NCBI RefSeq assembly: GCF_035285525.1
Contig: NZ_JAYKGW010000207.1
Span: 1 to 22,631 of the forward strand
Length of the DNA: 22,631 nt
Source of the DNA: Okeania sp.
Lineage (GTDB): Bacteria > Cyanobacteriota > Cyanobacteriia > Cyanobacteriales > Microcoleaceae
Direction of reading: 5' to 3'
Every line of letters begins with the position of its first letter. Position 1 is the first letter of the stretch. This document shows, in pieces, positions 9,101-15,684 of this stretch. Made by a program: the position numbers and the translations under genes. Under the pieces are notes generated by a model. It searched no databases and had not been told where the DNA came from. It worked only from the letters and a program-made list of their open reading frames with translations.

Positions 9101-9124
9101 AAAAACAAAAAAATCAACTAATTT

Positions 9125-9129
9125 AAGGA
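9125..9129 (+). promoter_or_regulatory. Possible Shine-Dalgarno (aagga) for the precursor gene
   Basis: aagga lies 9 nt upstream of the ATG at 9139. Confidence 0.3.
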
Positions 9130-9138
9130 TATTTTACC

Positions 9139-9828
9139 ATGTCTAGTCATGAAATAATGAATCCAAATTTGCCTTTGTGGTCTTTTCAGTTTAAACCCAA
9201 TTCTCAGTTGGGTGTAAAAACTCGCAAGGATTTAGAAATTCATCTGATTACTCGTGCTTTGAAGGATGAGGATTTTAAGCGAGAGTTGATTGCAAATCCG
9301 AAGGCTGTGATTGAAGAAGAATTAGAGACAAAGTTACCTGAAGACCTTGAGATTAAGGTACTTGAGGAAACGGAAGATACTATTTATATGGTGTTGCCTT
9401 GTAATCCTTATGAGGGAATGTCTGAGGAAGAGTTACAGGCTTCTTTAGGGATGACTTATGAGGATGTAGCTCAGTGGGTTTTGGAACAGCAAAAAAACAC
9501 CTTATTGGATGAAGAAAGTAGTGTAATCCTTTTGCTTCATATTTGGAAGGATCAAGATTATAAACAAAAACTAATACTTGACTCAAAAACGGTACTTGAA
9601 CAAAAATTTAATACCAATATATCAAAAAATATTACAATTAAGAGTCTTGAAGAAACTCCTCAGAAGCTTTTTATAGTCATACCTGAAATGGGTGATAAAT
9701 CAGTACCTCGTATGACTGAATGGTTTGATGATATCAAGTCTGAGCGAAAGCAACAGCCCTTATTTGAAAAAATTTCAGTAGGATACTGTGGTTCTTCTTT
9801 TGAAATGGGTTCTAGCTGTACAACATAA
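9139..9828 (+). CDS. lanA: RiPP precursor: two tandem NHLP (nitrile-hydratase-like leader peptide) domains plus a C-terminal Cys/Ser/Thr-rich core (class II lanthipeptide LanA candidate)
   Basis: NHLP repeat 1 (aa 28-90): TRKDLEIHLITRALKDEDFKRELIANPKAVIEEELETKLPEDLEIKVLEETEDTIYMVLPCNP. Repeat 2 (aa 124-185): …HIWKDQDYKQKLILDSKTVLEQKF…NITIKSLEETPQKLFIVIPE. The C-terminus is …KISVGYCGSSFEMGSSCTT. The gene lies directly upstream of lanM on the same strand. Confidence 0.85.
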   Translation: MSSHEIMNPNLPLWSFQFKPNSQLGVKTRKDLEIHLITRALKDEDFKRELIANPKAVIEEELETKLPEDLEIKVLEETEDTIYMVLPCNPYEGMSEEELQASLGMTYEDVAQWVLEQQKNTLLDEESSVILLLHIWKDQDYKQKLILDSKTVLEQKFNTNISKNITIKSLEETPQKLFIVIPEMGDKSVPRMTEWFDDIKSERKQQPLFEKISVGYCGSSFEMGSSCTT

Positions 9829-9877
9829 GTTATAAAAAGTAACTGATCTTGAGTTTTTAGAAAGTTTAATAACATCA

Positions 9878-9969
9878 CAGGACTTACACGGGAGGCACTA
9901 TGTATAGAGTATTGGTCCCTTACGAGATACACTAACACACCCTACCAGTCGCGTTCATGCGTAAGTCCT
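9878..9969 (+). mobile_element. Dispersed hairpin repeat, copy B, between the precursor gene and lanM
   Basis: Termini are aggacttac (9879-9887) and gtaagtcct (9961-9969). The interior ggcactatgtatagagtattgg…aacacaccctacc is homologous to copy A (reverse complement) and copy C. Confidence 0.65.
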
Positions 9970-10021
9970 AATCAGTAACTCTGCATATCTAGATCAAGAA
10001 ATAGAGGACAGAACATACAGA

Positions 10022-13000
10022 ATGTTATTGAAAAAGTCTGTTTCTCTTATTTCTTTTATTGTATTATATTTCAAACAATTTAAGCTGATGTATGATCCTA
10101 AAACTATTCACAATAGTCTTATTGAAATAATAGAAAAATCAAGTACAATTACTGAACGTTTGAGTGATAAATTTATAACCGATGCTTCTGAAGAAAATTC
10201 TCAAATAATCTGTTCTAAAACTTATCAGTGGTGTGAAGTAGCAACTCAAGGAAACTGGGCAAACTTTAAGGTACATCTTGCTAATTATGGTCTTGATGAA
10301 AAAACAGCTTACCGTGCTTTCTGTTCTGTACATCTAGATAATAGTAATTACCTACCAGAATGGGCAATAATTCTAGATGAGTATCTTAAAATCATTAACT
10401 TATTGAAATTAAATACTTTAGGAACAGAAGATACTAAAAGTAATAGTTTTTTATACGATCAAGAACCTATTCCGTTTCAGGAAGTTTTGTTGCCATTAAT
10501 TGGGATAGCAAAGCAAAAATTAATATCTCGTCTTGAATGTAGATATGATTTACTGAATAATCAAGCCCATGTCAGCTTAGAGCGTAATCTTTTAAAACGT
10601 TTATCTGAGCTATGTTTGCCGTCGATGCAACTGGAGTTTTCAGTTTTTCGAGCTTGTCAACAATCTTCTGTTGTGACTCGTGTACTTAATGAGTCTACAA
10701 AACATTCTTGCTATCAAAATTTTATTCACAAGTTACTTAAAGGTCATTTATTAGTTTTATTACAAGAAAAACCTGTATTAGCTCGATTAATGGCGATTGC
10801 AACTCATTTGTGGATTGAGTCCACTATAGAGTTGATTACACGCTTAGATTCAGACTGGCATGAAATTAACAGAAAATTTCATCCCAATTTTGATATCAAG
10901 CAAGTTGTTGCTATACAATGTGGTTTGTCTGATTACCATTACAATGGACGTTCTGTGATTGCATTACATTTTGCATCAGGACTTAAACTGATCTACAAAC
11001 CTAAGAGTATCAGCTTAGAGGAAAAATATTTTAAGTTACTAGCATGGTTCAATGAGCAAAGATTTTACAGGAATTTTAAATTACTAAAAATATTAAATCG
11101 ATCAACTTATGGTTGGGTAGAATTAATAGAGAATTTACCATGTAAAAATCCGGAAGAAGCAAAACGTTATTATGAGCGTTCTGGTTCTTTACTGTGTTTA
11201 ACTTATGTTTTAAATATAACAGATTTACATAAAGAAAATATTATTGCCTGTGGCGAACATCCAGTTCTAATTGATTTAGAAACCCTTATGCATCCTTGGC
11301 CAAAAAAACTTGACAATATAGAAAATGAGAAAAATTCTGAATATATTGCTAAACGTCAAATGGGTTATTCTGTAATTCGCACTGGATTGTTACCTAGGTG
11401 GCAGTTAGGCTTGGAAAATCAAAAGTTTGACATAAGTGGATGGGGTAGCTTTGGTGAACAAAAAACATCGATTTCAACAGCTGTCGTTAATAATATTAAT
11501 ACGGATGCAATGGAAATTATATATGAAAATGAAATAAATACTGAAAGCCATAATAATCCGTTGTTAAACTATATATCTTTAAACATTAGTGAATTTGTTG
11601 AGGATATTATTAACGGATTTAGCGAAATGTATGTTTTTTTAATAAAAAACAAGCTAAGAATTTTGAGAGAAGAAGGTCTCTTAAAATGGTTTAAATCTGA
11701 AAGGACTCGATACATTTTTCGTTCGACAAAAATATATCAACTAATTTTAAAGACATTACTTGATCCAAAGCATCTGGAAAATGGTGCTACCTGGAGTATG
11801 CAATTAGATATTATTGCTAGAGTGATGTTTTTGCCTGGGAACTCACCGACACTACATCCTTTGGTAAAAGAAGAAAGAAAGGCGTTGGAGAAATTAGACA
11901 TTCCTCTATTCTTTACTAATTCAGGAACAAAAACTTTATTTTTCTCAGACAATAAAGTTTTTGATAATTTTTTTTCTCAAAGTGGGGAAAATTTAGTTAT
12001 TGAGTATTTGAATAGTTTAAATAATGATGATTTGGAGAAACAAGTTGATTTAATTAAAGGTTCATTGTACTCAAGAATAACCGAAAATGCTCATGCAACA
12101 ATACAGTATTTTGGCAATCATAACATCTCATTCAAAAGTTCTACTAATATCCTAAGTCATAATATTTGTTTAAGTAAAAATTTTTCTATTGCTGAAGATA
12201 TTGAAAAGAGAGCCATTTACTCCATAGATAAAAGTAATGTAACCTGGATATCGCCTCAATATAGTTTTGATATTGAAAGTTTTCAAATTGCTCCTTTAAG
12301 TTTGGGAATGTATGATGGAATTTCTGGTTTAACAGTTTTTTTGTCAGCTTTTAAAAAAAATATTGGAGAAACAAAATTTGATTATCTTGTAAGAATAAAT
12401 ATAGAGAATTTACATAGAAAAATTAAACAATTAACATCTACAAAAATTTCAGAAACAATTAATAGTGATGTTTGGTTAAGATATATTTCAACTCTCTATT
12501 CAATAGTTACTGTTAACAATTTGCTAGATATATCACTTTTCCTAGATGATGCTTACAAGATCGTTGTGGACATTCCGCCTAATATAATATTGGCTGACCG
12601 AAAATTTGATATTTTATCAGGTTCATCACACACAATTTTGGTATTATTAGCTTTATATAGTCAATCTGTCGATCAAGAAGTTTTACATAAAGCCATACTT
12701 TCTGGTAACCATCTCCTTAATAACCGTGTCGTCAGTGAATCAGGTCATCGAACCTGGGCAACCTTAGATGGAAAACTTCTCACAGGTTTCTCTCATGGTG
12801 CAGCCGGAATAGCCTACGCTCTACTTCGCCTCTATAAAGCCACTGGTGAAACCCGCTTTAAAGAAGCAGCAGAAGAGGCGATCGCCTACGAACGCAGTGT
12901 CTTTATTCCCGAACTGAACAACTGGCCAGACTTTAGACAACCCCAAACCAAAGATAATCCTAAATGTATGTGTTCATGGTGTCATGGTGCCCCTGGGATT

Positions 13001-13366
13001 GGTTTAGCTAGAGTTGCTACCTTAGACATTCTCGATACCCCAGAAATTCGCCAAGACATAGAAGCAGCCATCACCACTACCCTAAACTATGGACTCTCAG
13101 ATATCGATCATCTATGCTGTGGCAACATGGGACGAGTAGAATTTCTCTTCACTGCCGGGCGTAAACTAAACCGACCCGAATTAGTAGATGCAGCTATGAA
13201 ACTTGCTTCACAAGTGGTTGCCCGTGCTGAATACAAAGGACATTATGGCTATGGTCCGATTCTTGATTTTCACCCCGGTTTCTTCCAAGGTGCGGCAGGA
13301 ATAGGCTACCAATTACTTAGATTGGCTTACCCAGACCAACTACCGTCAGTGCTGCTATGGGAATAA
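10022..13366 (+). CDS. lanM: Class II lanthipeptide synthetase LanM, ProcM-like CCG subgroup
   Basis: Dehydratase (DUF4135) motifs: GRSVIALHFASGLKLIYKPKS, DLHKENIIACGEHPVLIDLE, SVIRTGLLPRW, ERTRYIFRSTKIY, LDIPLFF. LanC-like cyclase motifs: SHGAAGIAYAL, SWCHGAPGIG, and LCCGNMGR (CCG at 13115-13123 in place of CHG). An alternative start is M23 at 10088. Confidence 0.95.
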   Translation: MLLKKSVSLISFIVLYFKQFKLMYDPKTIHNSLIEIIEKSSTITERLSDKFITDASEENSQIICSKTYQWCEVATQGNWANFKVHLANYGLDEKTAYRAFCSVHLDNSNYLPEWAIILDEYLKIINLLKLNTLGTEDTKSNSFLYDQEPIPFQEVLLPLIGIAKQKLISRLECRYDLLNNQAHVSLERNLLKRLSELCLPSMQLEFSVFRACQQSSVVTRVLNESTKHSCYQNFIHKLLKGHLLVLLQEKPVLARLMAIATHLWIESTIELITRLDSDWHEINRKFHPNFDIKQVVAIQCGLSDYHYNGRSVIALHFASGLKLIYKPKSISLEEKYFKLLAWFNEQRFYRNFKLLKILNRSTYGWVELIENLPCKNPEEAKRYYERSGSLLCLTYVLNITDLHKENIIACGEHPVLIDLETLMHPWPKKLDNIENEKNSEYIAKRQMGYSVIRTGLLPRWQLGLENQKFDISGWGSFGEQKTSISTAVVNNINTDAMEIIYENEINTESHNNPLLNYISLNISEFVEDIINGFSEMYVFLIKNKLRILREEGLLKWFKSERTRYIFRSTKIYQLILKTLLDPKHLENGATWSMQLDIIARVMFLPGNSPTLHPLVKEERKALEKLDIPLFFTNSGTKTLFFSDNKVFDNFFSQSGENLVIEYLNSLNNDDLEKQVDLIKGSLYSRITENAHATIQYFGNHNISFKSSTNILSHNICLSKNFSIAEDIEKRAIYSIDKSNVTWISPQYSFDIESFQIAPLSLGMYDGISGLTVFLSAFKKNIGETKFDYLVRINIENLHRKIKQLTSTKISETINSDVWLRYISTLYSIVTVNNLLDISLFLDDAYKIVVDIPPNIILADRKFDILSGSSHTILVLLALYSQSVDQEVLHKAILSGNHLLNNRVVSESGHRTWATLDGKLLTGFSHGAAGIAYALLRLYKATGETRFKEAAEEAIAYERSVFIPELNNWPDFRQPQTKDNPKCMCSWCHGAPGIGLARVATLDILDTPEIRQDIEAAITTTLNYGLSDIDHLCCGNMGRVEFLFTAGRKLNRPELVDAAMKLASQVVARAEYKGHYGYGPILDFHPGFFQGAAGIGYQLLRLAYPDQLPSVLLWE

Positions 13367-13411
13367 CTAGAGGTTACTGAAGTGAGAGGATTGGGGAGAG
13401 TGGGGAGTATC

Positions 13412-13453
13412 ACTTCTGACTTCTGACTTCTAACTTCTAACTTCTAACTTCTC
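13412..13453. repeat. Heptamer STRR-like array acttctg/acttcta/acttctc, six units
   Basis: Read directly. It begins 46 nt after the lanM stop and is flanked by ggggagagtggggag and gggaggtgtggggagag. The reverse complement agaagtt is the core of the octamer array at 6088. Confidence 0.8.
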
Positions 13454-13543
13454 AGGGAGGTGTGGGGAGAGATAAAAGTAGGAAAAATAATTACTAAACA
13501 ACTAATAATGATCGCGCAACAGACTTTGAATATTGATAACTAT

Positions 13544-13595
13544 CAGGACTTACGCAAAGGCACTAACTATATATAGCGTCTTGATGCGATGTTCG
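13544..13595 (+). mobile_element. Dispersed hairpin repeat, copy C (partial) downstream of lanM
   Basis: caggacttacgcaaaggcactaactatatatagcgtcttgatgcg aligns with the reverse complement of copy A (caggacttacataaaggcactctctatagagtcttggtgcg) and with the head of copy B. Confidence 0.55.
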
Positions 13596-13746
13596 ATTGA
13601 ATACTTATCAATAACTCCTGACTCCTTTACCAAAAAATCCTCACTTTTGCAAAGATACGCTTAGGACTTCTATATAGCTTCTTATTTGAAATACAAGCCC
13701 AGCATTATAGGTAAAACGATGTTGCTGAATTAAGAGATGAATATAA

Positions 13747-13827
13747 GTGAGATGGGGAGGATACCCGTCCGAAAATATAAGGGACGGGCAAGATGCCCAT
13801 TCCACAAAACTATTAAAATCATCTCAC
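13747..13827. repeat. 81-bp hairpin repeat just upstream of the nucleotidyltransferase gene
   Basis: 8-bp terminal IR: gtgagatg (13747-13754) and catctcac (13820-13827). Internal stem: cccgtcc (13764-13770) and ggacggg (13782-13788). It includes gggcaagatgccc, a motif I recall as common in Nostoc intergenic repeats. Confidence 0.5.
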
Positions 13828-13831
13828 ATTT

Positions 13832-15058
13832 ATGCAATGCTGCATTAATTATAGGTACAACAGTATGATGACTATTCCCGTTACTCAATCCCAACTATTG
13901 ACTAAAGAATCAGCCCGAATCACTCGCCCTGAAATCCAGCTACTGCTGTGTTGCACCAGAACTCAGATAGACCCGACGACAGAAAATCGTATTAAGGGGT
14001 TATTACAACAAGATATCGACTGGACTTACCTCATCCAGACCTCTATCTGTCACAGTGTCATGCCTCTCCTGTACCGAAGTTTAAATTCTACCTGTCCAGA
14101 GGCAGTTTCAAAATCTATCTTGTCTCAGCTTCGGAATTTTTATCATACTAATGCACAGCGTAACCTATTTCTGACGAGTGAGCTAGTCAATTTGTTAAAT
14201 CTTTTCCAAGACAACGGCATTCCCGCTATCCCTTTTAAGGGACTATCCCTCGCAGTTTCAGCTTACGGCAACTTAGTATTAAGGCAGTTTAGCGACCTCG
14301 ATATCCTAGTTCATAAACAAGATATAAATAGAGCCAAACAACTTCTGACCTCTCATAAATATCAACTGACCAAAGAACTATTTTGGGAAAGTCACTTTAT
14401 TAGTGAAGGAGGCAGAGTTAATATAGACCTTCACCAAGCAATTACACCAAAATACTTCTCCTTTCCTGTTGATTTCAATGAGTTGTGGAAACGTCTTCAA
14501 CCAGTTTCCTTGGTTAATAGAACTATATTTACTTTTTCCTCGGAAGATTCACTTTTAATCCTCTGCGTATATATAGCCAAAGACTGTTGGGACAAGCGGG
14601 AACGGCTAATTCAAGTTTGTGATATTGCCGAACTGCTTCGTCATCAAAAAATAGATTGGGAACTACTAATAGAACAAGCGACTAAACTAGGTATTACACG
14701 AATAGTATTACTGGGTCTTTTGCTAGCAAATCAACTTTTGGGAACAGCACTTCCAGAAGAAATTTTATCCAAAATACAAGCAGAACCAACGGTTAAATTA
14801 CTCGCTACTCAGGTATGCGAGTGGCTTTTCCATAAAACTGATTCTCCAAATGTAGGTTTTGAAAGAAAGCTTTTCTACTTGAAAGTTAGAGAACGTCTAG
14901 AGGATATCATCCCTCTATTAGATTATTGGATAACCCCAAGTCAAACAGACCGAGATTTTTTTTTATTGCCTAATTCACTCTCTTTTCTTTACTATTTAGT
15001 TCGGCAAATTCGATTAGTTGGAAAATACGGATTGAGAATAAGGTGTTGGCAAAAATAG
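13832..15058 (+). CDS. Nucleotidyltransferase family protein (NTP_transf_5 / PF14907-like)
   Basis: Signature region: IPFKGLSLAVSAYGNLVLRQFSDLDILVHKQDINRAKQLL (KG…Y…R…DLDILV). The protein is about 400 aa and all-alpha toward the C-terminus. The more likely start is MMTIPV at 13865. Confidence 0.72.
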   Translation: MQCCINYRYNSMMTIPVTQSQLLTKESARITRPEIQLLLCCTRTQIDPTTENRIKGLLQQDIDWTYLIQTSICHSVMPLLYRSLNSTCPEAVSKSILSQLRNFYHTNAQRNLFLTSELVNLLNLFQDNGIPAIPFKGLSLAVSAYGNLVLRQFSDLDILVHKQDINRAKQLLTSHKYQLTKELFWESHFISEGGRVNIDLHQAITPKYFSFPVDFNELWKRLQPVSLVNRTIFTFSSEDSLLILCVYIAKDCWDKRERLIQVCDIAELLRHQKIDWELLIEQATKLGITRIVLLGLLLANQLLGTALPEEILSKIQAEPTVKLLATQVCEWLFHKTDSPNVGFERKLFYLKVRERLEDIIPLLDYWITPSQTDRDFFLLPNSLSFLYYLVRQIRLVGKYGLRIRCWQK

Positions 15059-15181
15059 GAATATTTTCTAAGTAACAAATAATCATCATAATCTCCAATC
15101 ATCAGCCCGTAAAAACCTAACAAAAACAGCTCTACCACAAGCTTCGTTCGTAGACCTAATACTCTTACCATCTACTGCTAA

Positions 15182-15491
15182 CTATTCGGCCTCTTGAATT
15201 AAGATTTGCTGTTTAGCCCATTGATTGAATACTTGAGCCAACTCAGCAAAATCAATTCTCGTCATAATTCGCCGAAATGTAGAATTCCGTTGGAAAACTT
15301 AAAGGTGATAGCTCTAGTTCTTGATTTAAGGCCTGGTGATGACGACGAGCAAAATTTTCTAATGCACAATAAGAGAAACAACCGCTCATTGTACCCATAA
15401 TCACTAATAGTAAGACTAACCATAATGGATAACGTCTTCCTCTAGCAGCTCGAAAATCAGGTAACTGGGCTAATATTTGTAACAAGTTCAT
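15182..15491 (-). pseudogene. ISAs1-family transposase, N-terminal fragment only (DDE_Tnp_1_assoc region), frameshifted and truncated
   Basis: MNLLQILAQLPDFRAARGRRYPLWLVLLLVIMGTMSGCFSYCALENFARRHHQAL matches the ISAs1/H-repeat N-terminal domain. After a frameshift near 15285 the alternative frame reads STFRRIMTRIDFAELAQVFNQWAKQQ and stops at 15182-15184. No DDE catalytic domain follows. Confidence 0.8.
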
Positions 15492-15684
15492 TTTTATCTA
15501 AAGCTCTAAATACTAAATATAGAATAGTTAGCTTCACTAAATACTTGACATTAATCATTGTACTCCTCAATATTTTTCTCTGGCGACAATAAATTAGCCT
15601 TGCTCCCAGGAGGGGAAGAAGATCAAGTTTTTTTTCACTGATTATCCGGAATCATATTACAGCCAAGATGTCTGTGTTACCAAA

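Noticed and set aside
8721-9117. Minus-strand ORFs of 61 and 105 aa overlapping the PEP-CTERM ORF and repeat copy A
   Set aside because: One runs through dispersed-repeat DNA. Both lie antisense to an ORF with a recognisable sorting signal, and neither has motifs.
9380-9938. Minus-strand ORFs (68 and 92 aa) antisense to the precursor gene
   Set aside because: The plus-strand frame carries two clear NHLP domains. The antisense products have no recognisable features, and one extends into repeat copy B.
13508-13576. 22-aa ORF (MIAQQTLNIDNYQDLRKGTNYI) and a 36-aa ORF near 13738, considered as extra precursor genes downstream of lanM
   Set aside because: Both are composed largely of dispersed-repeat sequence. 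They lack an NHLP or Nif11 leader and a Cys/Ser/Thr-rich tail.
15206-15400. 64-aa plus-strand ORF
   Set aside because: It lies antisense to the recognisable ISAs1 transposase N-terminal fragment and is a shadow ORF.
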